64,000 bases of DNA from Terriglobia bacterium (GTDB taxonomy: Bacteria; Acidobacteriota; Terriglobia; 20CM-2-55-15): NCBI GenBank assembly GCA_965198225.1, contig CBDAOY010000006.1, positions 1 through 64,000 on the forward strand, given 5' to 3'. The translations under genes were made by a program, and so were the position numbers. Of this stretch, positions 9,253-20,151 are shown in pieces. Below the pieces are notes generated by a model. The model had not been told where the DNA came from, did no database searches, and was given only the letters and a program-made list of their open reading frames with translations. How positions within the stretch are numbered: position 1 is the stretch's first letter; the number at the start of each line of letters is the position of its first letter.

Positions 9253-12192
9253 CTATGGCGCCGGCACGCGTTCCTTCAGCTCTTCAAACCAATTCAGGAC
9301 GACGTTGATTCTGGGGTGGGGGATTTCTTCTGGCGGAGCAACGATCAGGAATCGTTGACCGTCGGGCATGATGTCGAAGCTTGTACCAGCAGGGACGACG
9401 GATATCGGGAGCAAACTCTCGTTTGACCATGAAAAGCCAGGTTCGGTCGTGATATCGACGCCAATTAATTGAAATGCATCACGAATGAGGAACCGTGCGT
9501 CAGACCGACGGTAGAACAACTCGATCCCGGCCGGCGACCACACAGGCCGTGAACCACCGTCCTGGGTGATCTGATGCTTCACGCCGTTCGGGTTGGGAAA
9601 GGGCTCGACGTAGAGTTGCCCCAGTCCGTCATCGCTGGCAGTGTAGGCAACCCAGTTCCCATCCGGGGAGAACGCGGGACCGCCTTGGAGCCCCGGCCCA
9701 CCAGCCAGAACCTGCGCGTCCGTCCCGTCGAGCGATAGCGTCCATACGTCGAATCCGCCACCAGCTCGCCCGAGTATTCCCCCAGTGAAGGAAAGAACTT
9801 TGTCCTCCGGAGACCACGAACCCGGGATGTGTACGGTTCCCTCTTCTGCCCAGGTCAGGCGTTCGGCGACGTCACTCCCATCGGCGGGTTGCCAGTAGAT
9901 GCTCGTCGTGCCATCTCTGTCGGAGGCGAACGTGATGCGCTCGGAGTCTCGTGTCCAGATCGGCGAAGTGTTGTTGCCTTCCTGGGTCAACCGCCGGGTG
10001 TGCATCTCCGACAGGTTGTAAACCCATATGTCACTTTGACCGTCCTCGCCGACCCCGCCCCGATCGAGCCCGACTGCCTCGTCAGCAATCTGGATCGCAA
10101 GCTGCGTTCCATCGGGTGACACACGAGGATTGTAATATCGTCGTGGCCCCAGTTTTGGGAGACGCTCGACTCCTACTCCATCGCGGTCGACAATCTTCAG
10201 AACATTGACTCCCGGACCGCTGCCCGACAAATCGCCGACCACGTAGACAAGAGATCCGTTGGCGGCGAAGGCGTACTGGGCGCTGGGGACTGTTCCGCCC
10301 CTGCCTCGGCCGAAATCCTCGACAATGGGAACGCGCTCGCCCACGACTTCCAGAGCCGCGAGGTCAAACGGAACGGCGTAGAGCACGTCCCGGAATGCGT
10401 ACGTGAGATGCCCGGTGGGCACGTAACGACCGTCGGTTCCACCCCGAACGAGAACCTTCCGGCCCCCACCTGCCAGCGGTTGCGCCACGATCTGCGCTTC
10501 GTCCCAGATGCCCTGCCCGGTTGCGCTCGTCACCGTGAAAAGAACCGATTCGCCATCCGGAAGGAGCTTGGGGCCGAAAAACTGCTCCCCGTCTCCGGCG
10601 GGAACGAGCAACTCGGGATCGCCCCCGTCCGCGGAAACCCGCATGATGCCCTCGCGCTGCACGAACAGAATGGTGCCGTCGGACTCCCAGCTCGCACTCG
10701 ACGGGCCGTCAGCGGCGCAGACGGCTACCGCGAGCCCACCGCTGACAGGGATCTTCTTCAACTGGCGGTCTCCAAAGGTAAAGTAGCCCACCCAATTCCC
10801 ATCGGGCGAAAAGAAAGGACGGCTTGGATTCCCCTCGGTCCCCGCCACAAGAGTCGCTTCCTGCTCATTCATCGAACGCCGATACATCCCCCCGTAAGTG
10901 GCATAAACAAACTGGCTGCCGTCGGGCGAGATGGCGAGGGCCGTCGTTGGGGGGCCAATGAGTACCTGTTCTGCGGGTAAGTCATGGTGAAAGCGGCTGA
11001 CCGGCCCGGACTCAACCGGCTTGAGGTTCCAGACCGCGACCGTGGCGAGCACGGCCGTGATCACGACCGCGGCAACCAACGGAAGCATTGTCTGCGGTCG
11101 TGCTTGAACGACATCGGCAACCGGCTGGGCGGGCATGCCGCCGGTTGAGCGAACCCGATCGATCTCGACCCGTATGTCGCCGACGTCCCGCTGGCGGTTT
11201 CGAAGGTCCTTTTCCAGACAGCGTTCCAGCAGGTCCCGGATCTTGGACGGTGTTCCCTCCGGCAACGCATCCCAGTCCGGATCATGCTCCAGAACCTGCG
11301 CGATCGTGTCCGAGACCGTGCCTCCCTCGAACGCCATCCGGCCCGCGAGCATCTCGAAGAGCACGCACCCGAAGGCCCAGACGTCGGTCCGTCGATCCAC
11401 CTCCTTGCCTCGGGCCTGCTCAGGGCTCATGTAGGCCAGTGTGCCCATCACCGCGTGCTCGTCGGCCGTCAGAGTGGACAGGCCGGCGTGTTGATCGGTG
11501 CGCGTGGCCTTGGCCAGGCCGAAATCCAGAACCTTGACCCTCTCTTCGGATGTGATCTTGATGTTCGCCGGCTTCAGATCCCGATGGATGATGCCTCTCT
11601 CGTGCGCCGCTTCGAGCGCTTCAGCGATCTGAACCGCCAATCGAAGCGTTTCTTCGACGGGTATGGGCCCATCCCGGAACCGGTCGGCGAGCGTGGCGCC
11701 GTCGATCAGCTCCTGGACCAGGAAGCGGTCTCCGTCGGATTCTTCCAGACCGTGGATCGTTGCGATGTTGGGATGATTCAGAGACGCGAGGATCCTGGCT
11801 TCCCGCTCGAACCGGGCCATCTTTTCCGGGTCCTCGCTGAACAGGTCCGGCAGTGTCTTGATCGCGACATCGCGGTTCAGCCGGGTGTCCCGGGCCTGGT
11901 ACACCTCACCCATCCCGCCCCTGCCGATGAGAGCGCTGATTTCATAGACCCCGACCCGACGGCCGATCATCGGCTGTGCCTGCCCTCGCCCCATGTTTTC
12001 AGCGGCCACGTCCAAAGCGGGTTCTTCGATGAATCCTTCGGCCCGGCTTTCGTAGCCGAGCAGTGATTCGACCTCCCGGCGCAGCCCGGCGTCGGTACAG
12101 GTCTCATCCAGGAAGGCCGCACGCTCGTCTTCCTTGCGCCCCAGAGCAGCGTGGTAGATCCGCTCGATTTCTTTCCAGCGATCAGACTTCAT
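9253..12192 (-). CDS. Ser/Thr kinase with ECF-associated N-terminal extension, TM helix and TolB/PD40 beta-propeller
   Basis: GRGGMGEVY, VAIK, HRDLKPAN, DFG, YMSPE; TM LVAAVVITAVLATVAVW; many SPDG repeats; ends VVLNWFEELKERVPAP. Confidence 0.95.
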   Translation of the reverse strand: MKSDRWKEIERIYHAALGRKEDERAAFLDETCTDAGLRREVESLLGYESRAEGFIEEPALDVAAENMGRGQAQPMIGRRVGVYEISALIGRGGMGEVYQARDTRLNRDVAIKTLPDLFSEDPEKMARFEREARILASLNHPNIATIHGLEESDGDRFLVQELIDGATLADRFRDGPIPVEETLRLAVQIAEALEAAHERGIIHRDLKPANIKITSEERVKVLDFGLAKATRTDQHAGLSTLTADEHAVMGTLAYMSPEQARGKEVDRRTDVWAFGCVLFEMLAGRMAFEGGTVSDTIAQVLEHDPDWDALPEGTPSKIRDLLERCLEKDLRNRQRDVGDIRVEIDRVRSTGGMPAQPVADVVQARPQTMLPLVAAVVITAVLATVAVWNLKPVESGPVSRFHHDLPAEQVLIGPPTTALAISPDGSQFVYATYGGMYRRSMNEQEATLVAGTEGNPSRPFFSPDGNWVGYFTFGDRQLKKIPVSGGLAVAVCAADGPSSASWESDGTILFVQREGIMRVSADGGDPELLVPAGDGEQFFGPKLLPDGESVLFTVTSATGQGIWDEAQIVAQPLAGGGRKVLVRGGTDGRYVPTGHLTYAFRDVLYAVPFDLAALEVVGERVPIVEDFGRGRGGTVPSAQYAFAANGSLVYVVGDLSGSGPGVNVLKIVDRDGVGVERLPKLGPRRYYNPRVSPDGTQLAIQIADEAVGLDRGGVGEDGQSDIWVYNLSEMHTRRLTQEGNNTSPIWTRDSERITFASDRDGTTSIYWQPADGSDVAERLTWAEEGTVHIPGSWSPEDKVLSFTGGILGRAGGGFDVWTLSLDGTDAQVLAGGPGLQGGPAFSPDGNWVAYTASDDGLGQLYVEPFPNPNGVKHQITQDGGSRPVWSPAGIELFYRRSDARFLIRDAFQLIGVDITTEPGFSWSNESLLPISVVPAGTSFDIMPDGQRFLIVAPPEEIPHPRINVVLNWFEELKERVPAP

Positions 12193-12199
12193 CGGAATT

Positions 12200-12229
12200 A
12201 AATAGGGACAGGCCCCTGTACCCCTATTT
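12200..12229. repeat. Palindromic AAATAGGGACAG...CCCTATTT element (second repeat family)
   Basis: Hairpin aaatagggacagg-cc-cctgtacccctattt; related copies at 15524-15555 and (partial) 20136-20151. Confidence 0.55.
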
Positions 12230-12276
12230 TCCTAACCCCCGCCGGCGCCCACGATCGGCGCCACAACAGCGAACAG

Positions 12277-15207
12277 CTAATTCCAAACCAGATCCGCGAC
12301 CCAGACATCACCCTCGACCTCGACGCCTTCCACAAACAACCATCTTCCGTCACTCGTCATCGACGTGCGTGCGGGCGATGGGACGAGAAAACCCTTGAGA
12401 CCGATTGAAGTGAAATCCCCATCAGGCTGGCCCGTGTCGGAATCGATCATCACGAAACCCAACTTGCCCTGTGTTTCGTCTCCCCGTTCCGACATGATGT
12501 AGACTCGATCCGAATCGGAATGCCACTTCGGGAAACCGGAACCCTCCCAGATGAACTCCGGGCTGCCCGATCCCGTCTCCACGACGAAAACTGATGTGTT
12601 GTCGCGCGTCTTATATCCTCCGAAAGCGATCTTCTGGCCGTCCGGCGAGAAGTAACCATAAGCGAAACCGGGGTATTGCTCTGCGAACTCGGCATTGAAC
12701 GGCCAGAAAACTCTTTTCGGTTCGTCGCTGGTTGGATTCTCAATGACCTCGATTCCCACGCCATCCCGCGTGGGGGTTCCCTGCATCAAGATGTACCTTC
12801 CGTCCGGCGACCAGTTCATCGGCAGTCCCGGACCCAGCGATCTCGGCGGACCCACTTTCTGCAGACTCACGGGGTCGAATGGAATCAGAAAGGTCTCGAG
12901 GCTGGAAAAATCGTGATCCATCTGCCATCCGGAGAAATAGACCGGATGGCCCCCTCCCAGGATCGCGTATCGTCGACCAGACGCTCGTTCTCGCCGCTCG
13001 TGTCGGCAACGTAGATGTGATTCTGGTTGTTTCGATTGGAAAGGAAGAGGACATGTTGGTCGTCGGGCAACAGGAGCGGTCTAGTCTCATTAGCAGGGTT
13101 TGCCGTCACACGGATCGGTTCCCCGACCGGCTGCCGTGTCTCGAGATCGAGTTCCACTTTCCAGATGTCTGTCTGGCCCGAGGAATTGTTGTAGGCAACA
13201 CGCCGACCGTCTCCCGAGATAGATGAATAGTGGTCTCCCGGGCCCGTTGTCAGCTGAAACGGTGGAGCGGCGGCCTTCAGGTCCGAGTCGAGAGCAATAT
13301 ACTGCAGGCGTTGCGGTCCTTGACCCGGTACCGGGACTGAAGCAATGATTCCACGACCGTCCGGCAACCAGACCGGCATCAGGCCGTCGATCACCGTTCC
13401 GTCGAATTCAAGCATCCATCTGTTTTCTGGGTCCGCCCGCGGCAGGACGGCCAGACCATGTTCTACCCTCGTGGTCAACAATGTAGACGGACCACCAGGC
13501 GATTGATGGTAAACGAGGTGATGTCCGTCCGGCGACCATTCGGCATGTAAGGCGGACCCCACTTCCACGTCTGACGCGAATAGTTTTTCAGGTGAGGGAC
13601 CCGGCGGATAGGGCACGACGAAGATCTCGTTTGTTACCAAAGTGCCCCGCCTGAGCTGAAAGGCGATCCAGCGGCCGTCCGGCGACCATCGTGGCTGGTA
13701 ACCAAAGTCCGCGATGCGCGTGGCATCTCCTCCGAACGCGGATATCGTGTACAGGCCACCGTTCGTCCGGTTGGATCGGAACGCGATCGTGGCTCCGTCC
13801 GGCGACCAGTCCGGGTCGTAATCATCGGCTTGGTCCTTGGTCACTTGGATCGGGTCTTCCCCCAGGATCGGCTGGATCCAGATGTCGAGGTTCCCCGCTG
13901 TTTCCGACACGAACGCAACGAACTGACCGTCGGGAGACAGCACCGGCTGATCCTCGTTACCGGGTAGGCTTGTGACGCGGCGGATGTTTTCCAATCGTGG
14001 CGGTCTGGGAGCCGTGTCCAACCCCGGCGGCCTCGAGTTCCAGATGATGAAGGCGGTCACGACGCTGATCAGTCCGACCACGAGGACGGCTGCGCTCATC
14101 CGACTCAATGGCGCCGGCGCGGCAGCAGCCTCGTGTGACGGGATCAACGGCTCCGACAGGGCGCGTTCAATCTCGATCCGTACATCTCCGAAATCCCTTT
14201 GCCGGTTTCGAGCATCCTTCTCCAGGCAACGTTCCAGCAGGTCGCGCACCTTCGCTTGCGTTCCCTTTGGCAAAGTATCCCAGTCGGGATCCCGTTCGAG
14301 CACCTGGGCGATGGTGTCGGACAGCGTGGCTCCCCCGAACGGGCGCCTGCCGGCGAGCATCTCGAACAGCACGCACCCGAAGGCCCAGGTGTCGGTCCGT
14401 CCATCCACCTCTTTCCCCTGCGCCTGCTCGGGACTCATGTAGGCCGGCGTGCCCAAAAGCGCGCGCTCAGGGTCGGCTGTCAGAGTAGATAGATCGCGGC
14501 CTTCTTCACCGCGGGTGGCTTTGGCCAGACCGAAATCCAGAACCTTGACCCTCTCCTCGGATGTGACCTTGATGTTGGCCGGCTTCAGATCCCGGTGGAT
14601 GATCCCCCTCGCATGCGAGGCCTCGAGCGCTTCCGCAATCTGGATAGCGACTCGCAACGCTTCCTCGACTGGAACAGGCCCTTTCCGGAGCCGGTCGGCG
14701 AGCGTGGAGCCGTCGACAAGCTCCTGGACCAGGAAGCTGTTTCCGTCGGATTCTTCGAGGCCGTGAATGACTGCGATGTTCGGGTGGTTCAGCGAAGCGA
14801 GGATCTTGGCTTCGCGCTCGAACCGAGCCAGTCGCTGCGGGTCCTCGCTGAAGAGGGCTGGTAATGTCTTTGATCGCGACGTTGCGGTCCAGGCGGGTGT
14901 CCCGGGCCTGGTACACCTCGCCCATCCCACCTTTGCCGATCAGGGAGGTGATTTCGTATACCCCGACGCGCCGTCCGATCATCGGCCGGGCCGTCTGCTG
15001 GGACATACCTTCGGCGGCCACATGTAGAGCGGGATCTTCGATGAACCCTTCCGCCCTGGTTTCGTAGCCGAGAAGCGATTCGACCTCCCGACGCAGTCCG
15101 GCGTCGTCCAGGCAAGTCTCATCGAGGAAGGCCGCACGCTCGTTTTCCCGACGCTCCAGAGCAGCGTGGTAGATCCGCTCGATTTCTTTCCAGCGATCAG
15201 ACTTCAT
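12277..15207 (-). CDS. Ser/Thr kinase with ECF-associated N-terminal extension and TolB/PD40 propeller; two 1-nt frameshifts (about 14870 and 12908)
   Basis: MKSDRWKEIERIYHAAL start shared with 9253..12192; ORFs 14506..15207, 12885..14930 and 12277..12921 join at homopolymer runs. Confidence 0.85.
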
Positions 15208-15554
15208 CGACCGGTTCCAACTCAGCTTTCTGCTGTATCAGACTTGGCCGTCCTGGCGAAGGCTATAAAGTTAGTGCCCGTTCGTGCGTTTTGTGCAGAT
15301 GAAAGATCTCGTAAATGGTACGAAACGAATGAGATGGAAGCAATCAAACTCTCAACCTCTGATTTCATATCGTTCAACCAAATGCAATTCTGACTGCACA
15401 TGGCCACTCGTAGTCGTTGCCCGTGTCGGGGGGCTTTGTCTGTCTGATCAGGTCGGGGAACGCGGAGGAAGAAACGCGAATGAGTGGCTTGTCGCGCAAT
15501 CGAGTTCGAGGCTCTCTGTAAGAGAATAAGGACAGACTCCTGTGTCCCTATTTT

Positions 15555-16143
15555 CTAGCTTCCCGCTGACGAACTCTGATGGTTCAGCTCGCGCAGCAGC
15601 CAGACCTTAGCCAGCTTCCAGTCACGCAGGGCCGTATCCGCTGACACATCAAGCACTTCTGCTGTTTCTTTCCGCCGTCAAACCCCCAAAGAAACGCAGC
15701 TCAACGACCTTGGCCTTTCGGGAATCCAGCTCCTCCAAGGCTTTGAGAGCGTCATCCAGCGCGACCAGGTCCTGCCCGCGTTCCGGAATGACGGCCATGG
15801 CGTCGTCGAGCGTCACGCGCTGACCCCGCTCACCTCGTTTTTGAGACTGCTTGGAGCGCGCGAAATCAACCAGGACCCGACGCATCAGTTGTGCGGAGAC
15901 CGCGAGGAAGTGTGCGCGGTTCTGCCAGTCGACCCGCTTCGAGTCGAGGAGCTTCAGGTAGACCTCGTTGACCAGCGCCGTGGCCTGCAGAGTGTGTCCG
16001 GCTCTCTCCCCAGCCATGTAGTGGTAGGCCCGCCGGCGCAACTCCTCGTATACGACCGGCATCAGCTGCTCCAGAGCCGCATCTTCGCCTTGCCTCCAGG
16101 CCAGGAGCAGTCCGGTTACCTCTGCAGATGACGGCGCCTTCAT
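15555..16143 (-). CDS. ECF sigma factor, TIGR02999/ECF43 type; 1-nt frameshift near 15670
   Basis: EVTGLLLAWRQG, VYEELRR, HTLQATALVNEVYLKL, WQNRAHF, VVELRFFGGLT; the corrected frame gives EETAEVLDVSADTALRDWKLAKVWLLREL. Confidence 0.92.
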
Positions 16144-16307
16144 CGGAACAGTCCTTTTTTGTCAGTAACTTACGAGTAACCACATTCTAGCAGAGAACCC
16201 GTCCCACGTTTTCTCTAGAAATCTTCAAGAACGTTTCCGGTTTTTGACGACGGTTTCCGCCTCCCGGACTGAGGACGACAAACACCCCGTCCTGGGAGGT
16301 CGACACC

Positions 16308-17144
16308 GTGAATCGAATCGCATCTTTCCTGCTTCTCACAATCATGGCAACAGCAACCAGCTCCGGCGTTTGGGCGGCAGACCCGATCGAGCGGACCATC
16401 GGCTTCGAAACCCGCCGCGGTCACCTGATCGTGGCCGAGGCCCAGGTCGAAGGGCACTCGGTGCGGGCTTTGATCGACACGGGCGCAAACCGGTCGGTTG
16501 TCGATTCCCGGATCGCGAAACGTCTGGGCCTCCGTCAGGTCGCCTCGAATGAAATGGCCGCCTACGGTAAGACTTCGAAGGTAGAGCGGGTCATCATCCG
16601 CAGCCTGCAGGTCGGACCGATCCACACGGCGGCGCTCGCGCTCGTGTCCGATCTGTCGGATTGGAGAGTCGACGCCATCATCGGAATGGATGTGCTCAGT
16701 CGTCAGGATTTCCGGATCGATTTCGCGGCGGAAGAGATCGTGTTCGGAGAAATGGAAGCGCTGTCCGAATCGGTGCAATTCGACCTGGAGCACTCACTGG
16801 TTATCGTGCTGCTCGAAGTCCGTGGACACAAGTTGCGGCTCTCAGTGGACACCGGTGCAAGCCGGATCACACTCCACCAGACTGACGATTTGAAGAAAGT
16901 CGTCCGGTCGCCTTTGAGGCGACCGGTACGCAGCAGCTACATCGCCGGCACGGCGAAGCTGACCGAGGTTCGCTTACGCGACGTGCGGTTGGGGTCGACC
17001 CACTGGAACGAGCTGCGCGCCAACGTGACGTCTGCTCCGCCGTTGCCGGGTGTCGACAAGCAGGGTGTGCTTTCCATCGCCACCCTGGGTCTGACAAAGG
17101 TCCAGTTCGATTTCGATAACGGCTTGTTCAGTTGGGAGAGGTAA
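16308..17144 (+). CDS. Secreted two-domain retropepsin-like aspartyl protease
   Basis: Signal peptide; LIDTGA and SVDTGA motifs; AIIGMDVL. Confidence 0.85.
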   Translation: MNRIASFLLLTIMATATSSGVWAADPIERTIGFETRRGHLIVAEAQVEGHSVRALIDTGANRSVVDSRIAKRLGLRQVASNEMAAYGKTSKVERVIIRSLQVGPIHTAALALVSDLSDWRVDAIIGMDVLSRQDFRIDFAAEEIVFGEMEALSESVQFDLEHSLVIVLLEVRGHKLRLSVDTGASRITLHQTDDLKKVVRSPLRRPVRSSYIAGTAKLTEVRLRDVRLGSTHWNELRANVTSAPPLPGVDKQGVLSIATLGLTKVQFDFDNGLFSWER

Positions 17145-17229
17145 GCGTGAAGGTTTCTTGGCGCTGCGAAGTTTCGCCTGCGCTCAGTTAGTTAGACCGT
17201 CAACCGAATTCCACAGAAGGACAAGGTAA

Positions 17230-17793
17230 ATGCAAACGCTTGGACTGTCTCCCACCCCGAAGCCCACGTCACGGTTACGGACCTGGATCTGGCCGGACCT
17301 GAGTGTGGGCCCAGAAATTGACAGCACTGTTCATCTTGCAAAGCTCGCGAGTCTTGCCGTCGCGATTCTGGGTACGGGTTTTGCGCTGCTTTCTCAGGTG
17401 TATGCTGGGTTGATCGATGCTGCGCTGTTTGCGGCGTTCGGTTTAGGGATTGGCAAGAAGTCAAGAGTCGCGGCTGTCGGCGCGTTTGGCCTCTACGGTT
17501 TCTACGTCCTCTTGACCCTGCCTGACAGCTTCGGATTGATACCAGCTTTGATACTACTTCTTCTGTTCAATGGGATGAGGGCAACCTTTGCCCACGAGAG
17601 ACGACAAGATCCGGAAGAAATGCATAGTGCGGAACTCAGCGTTCTTTTCGAGACGGCGGTGCAATCGGAAGTGAGGGGCGACGTTGAAGCGGCTCGACGA
17701 CTGTTCGAAAGGATCATGAGGGAGGACCCATCCTCGGAGTGCGCAGGCGACGCCAGAAGTTCGCTTGCCGCCATGGAGCGGGGACGAGGGTAG
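17230..17793 (+). CDS. Membrane protein (about 4 TM) with C-terminal TPR-like helix pair
   Basis: Hydrophobic segments; ETAVQSEVRGDVEAARRLFERIMREDPSSECAGDA. Confidence 0.65.
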   Translation: MQTLGLSPTPKPTSRLRTWIWPDLSVGPEIDSTVHLAKLASLAVAILGTGFALLSQVYAGLIDAALFAAFGLGIGKKSRVAAVGAFGLYGFYVLLTLPDSFGLIPALILLLLFNGMRATFAHERRQDPEEMHSAELSVLFETAVQSEVRGDVEAARRLFERIMREDPSSECAGDARSSLAAMERGRG

Positions 17794-17923
17794 CTTCAGA
17801 ACTATGGTTTGTCGGGATGATGATTTACTGTGAATATCGCTCGACCGATCGGCCCGAGCTGCGCGGCACGAAAGCGATTCAAGCCATGGAGTGCCGCCCT
17901 CCGAACACTCTTCAGGAGATGAA

Positions 17924-19147
17924 ATGAACTGGTCAATCAAGAAGAAACTTGCGGTGGGACTTGGATTACTCAGCGTCGCACTCGTCGGTTTCGGCGTGCG
18001 ACAGCTCGGGACGATGATGCCCAGAGCATGTCAGGCGATGTCCGCCGGGGCCGAAGCGACGACTGTCGTGGAGGGTCCGCACTTCTCCACCAGCTACAGA
18101 GTTGCCCGCCAGAGGCTCCTGGATGCGACCCGTGCCTCGGGCGGCAGCATCGAGAGTGTAAGGAACCCCCATCTCGGACCTGAGGGCGAACCCCTCTTCA
18201 TGGACGTGGCGTACTTCGGGCCTGGAGACGCCGGCAAAGTCCTGCTGGTTAGCTCCGGCACTCACGGTGTTGAGGGGTTTGCCGGGTCCGGGATTCAAAT
18301 CCGCTTGCTCCGGGAAGGTATCGCAGAGCGCCTGCCCTCCGATGTGGGGCTCATGATGATTCATGGGATCAACCCGTTTGGCATGGCGCACTGGCGCCGG
18401 GTCAACGAGGACAATGTCGATCTGAATCGCAACTTCAGAGACCATTCAACCCTTTACCCGAACAACCGGGGGTATGAGGAGCTGGCCGATGTCATCGCGC
18501 CTGTGTCCATCTCCTTTTGGAGAGAGGTGGCTTCGTGGTCGAGAGTGGGGTGGTTGTGGTTGACCGCGCGAGAAGCTGCGGTGGCCGCAGTGACCGAGGG
18601 CCAGTACTCCCACCCCGAGGGCCTTTTCCACGGTGGTACGGCCGATGCGTGGTCCAACACGACGGTGAAGACCATGGTTCCTAAGTATCTCTCCGATGCG
18701 AGTCGGGTCGTTTTCGTCGATTTCCACACAGGCCTCGGGGAGTACGCCAGCGGCGAGGTGATACTGAACGTCCCGGCTCACTCGCCGGAATACCGGCGTG
18801 CTCTGGATATGTGGGGACCGGAGCGGACCAGGACCACTGTCGAAGGCAACTCGGTATCCAAGCACCTCGAAGCCTCCTTGAAGCTTGCCGTGCCTGGGAT
18901 GTTGCCGGCGGCGGAGGTAACGGCGGTGACTTTGGAGTTCGGCACGGTGCCGATCTTGGACGCATTCAAGGCACTGCGGGCCGAGAACTGGCTCCACCAC
19001 AACGGCGGCCCGGACAATCCCAGGAGGCAGCAACTGAAGACCTGCTTGTTGCGAGCCTTCCATCCCGCCGCGCCGGACTGGGAGGAGTCGGTGTGGGAGC
19101 AAGGTCTGGAAGTTGTCGAGCGTGCCCTGGAAAGCTTTCATTCCTGA
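17924..19147 (+). CDS. DUF2817 / M14-like metallopeptidase
   Basis: SSGTHGVEGFAGS, HGINPFG, RVNEDNVDLNRNF, DFHTGLG, TLEFGT; GGAG RBS before the ATG at 17924. Confidence 0.88.
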   Translation: MNWSIKKKLAVGLGLLSVALVGFGVRQLGTMMPRACQAMSAGAEATTVVEGPHFSTSYRVARQRLLDATRASGGSIESVRNPHLGPEGEPLFMDVAYFGPGDAGKVLLVSSGTHGVEGFAGSGIQIRLLREGIAERLPSDVGLMMIHGINPFGMAHWRRVNEDNVDLNRNFRDHSTLYPNNRGYEELADVIAPVSISFWREVASWSRVGWLWLTAREAAVAAVTEGQYSHPEGLFHGGTADAWSNTTVKTMVPKYLSDASRVVFVDFHTGLGEYASGEVILNVPAHSPEYRRALDMWGPERTRTTVEGNSVSKHLEASLKLAVPGMLPAAEVTAVTLEFGTVPILDAFKALRAENWLHHNGGPDNPRRQQLKTCLLRAFHPAAPDWEESVWEQGLEVVERALESFHS

Positions 19148-19481
19148 CTGAAAGGAGGACTTCAGCCCTCGGGAAATGATCGCCAACCGCGAACGGAGAG
19201 CCAGGCACTGCCTCCCTCAGCCTGACAAAAGTTCAGTTCGATTTCGATAACGGGTCGCTGAGTTGGGAAAGGCGACCAATGTGTCACTACAAGCCTATGT
19301 TGCCTGGAAAGCTTTCATTCCTGACTGAAAGGAGGACTTCAGCCCTCGGGAAATGATCGCCAACCGCGAACGGAGAGCCAGGCACTGCCTCCCTCAGCCT
19401 GACAAAAGTTCAGTTCGATTTCGATAACGGGTCGCTGAGTTGGGAAAGGCGACCAATGTGTCACTACAAGCCTATGTTGCC
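19126..19481 (+). repeat. Tandem duplication, 2 x 177 bp
   Basis: Unit CCTGGAAAGCTTTCATTCCTGAC...CAAGCCTATGTTG starts at 19126 and again at 19303; the copies appear identical. Confidence 0.9.
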
Positions 19482-19482
19482 G

Positions 19483-19878
19483 TTAGCTCAGGATACGTCG
19501 CGTCTGAAGAGTCGAGACCCGGGCAATCGAGTCGAAGTCTCGATCATGGTGTAACACCGTCAGCTGGTGTCGGAGGGCACAGGCCGCAATCAAGCAGTCT
19601 ACGCTGGAGCGTACGGTCAAACCCGCACGACGGGCTGATCGGTAGAGTTGGACCGCTTCATCAAACACGTCGGAGTCGAGAGGTGATTCGACTACAGGCA
19701 GGGCATACATCGCCCCGTGAGCGATCCGGAACGCTCGCTCGTCTTGCAGCCCCTGGAGCACCTCCTGAACCACCGGAAGACATGTGATTACCTCCTCGAA
19801 GTCCACCAGAGACTCCAGACGGAAGCGGCTTTTCTTCCGGAACACCTCAATCCAAACGGAGGTGTCAACCAGATACAC
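19483..19878 (-). CDS. vapC: PIN-domain toxin (VapC family)
   Basis: LVDTSVWI, VQEVLQG, VDCLIAACAL, LHHDRDF. Confidence 0.93.
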   Translation of the reverse strand: MYLVDTSVWIEVFRKKSRFRLESLVDFEEVITCLPVVQEVLQGLQDERAFRIAHGAMYALPVVESPLDSDVFDEAVQLYRSARRAGLTVRSSVDCLIAACALRHQLTVLHHDRDFDSIARVSTLQTRRILS

Positions 19879-20104
19879 GCGATCTCCTGTGAGGGGACTT
19901 TCGTTTCGGCCGGTCGACCCTCATTTCCGACAGAGTTCCGCTCCACAGACCTGAACCCGAGAGCTCGAGAATCCGTCGGGCTTTGATCCGCCGCACGAAG
20001 TCCTCCAGCGCCCGGGTGACGGTAGCCGAATACGTTCGTTCTCCGCTCAAGCGAACGGCTTCCCTGAGCAGTTGCTCATCAAGCACAAGATTCGTACGTT
20101 TCAT
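19865..20104 (-). CDS. vapB: VapB-family antitoxin
   Basis: MKRTNLVLDEQLLREA...TVTRALEDFVRR; overlaps the vapC start. Confidence 0.9.
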   Translation of the reverse strand: MKRTNLVLDEQLLREAVRLSGERTYSATVTRALEDFVRRIKARRILELSGSGLWSGTLSEMRVDRPKRKSPHRRSRVSG

Positions 20105-20119
20105 GTGTATAGCTTACAC
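20105..20119 (-). promoter_or_regulatory. Palindromic operator directly abutting the vapB ATG (probably a leaderless transcript)
   Basis: GTGTA-TAGCT-TACAC; TAAGCT -10-like box on the minus strand. Confidence 0.5.
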
Positions 20120-20151
20120 GAGTATTCCTTATTTTGCTTGTCCCTATTCTT

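Noticed and set aside
15208-15554. Lower-GC 350-bp spacer between the sigma factor and kinase, with short ORFs
   Set aside because: No recognisable motif, RBS or RNA structure; may be a remnant but cannot be called.
17076-19452. DGR template/variable repeat pair (RT in window plus a repeated gene 3' end)
   Set aside because: Mismatches are not adenine-specific, and the RT lies within a complete group II intron.
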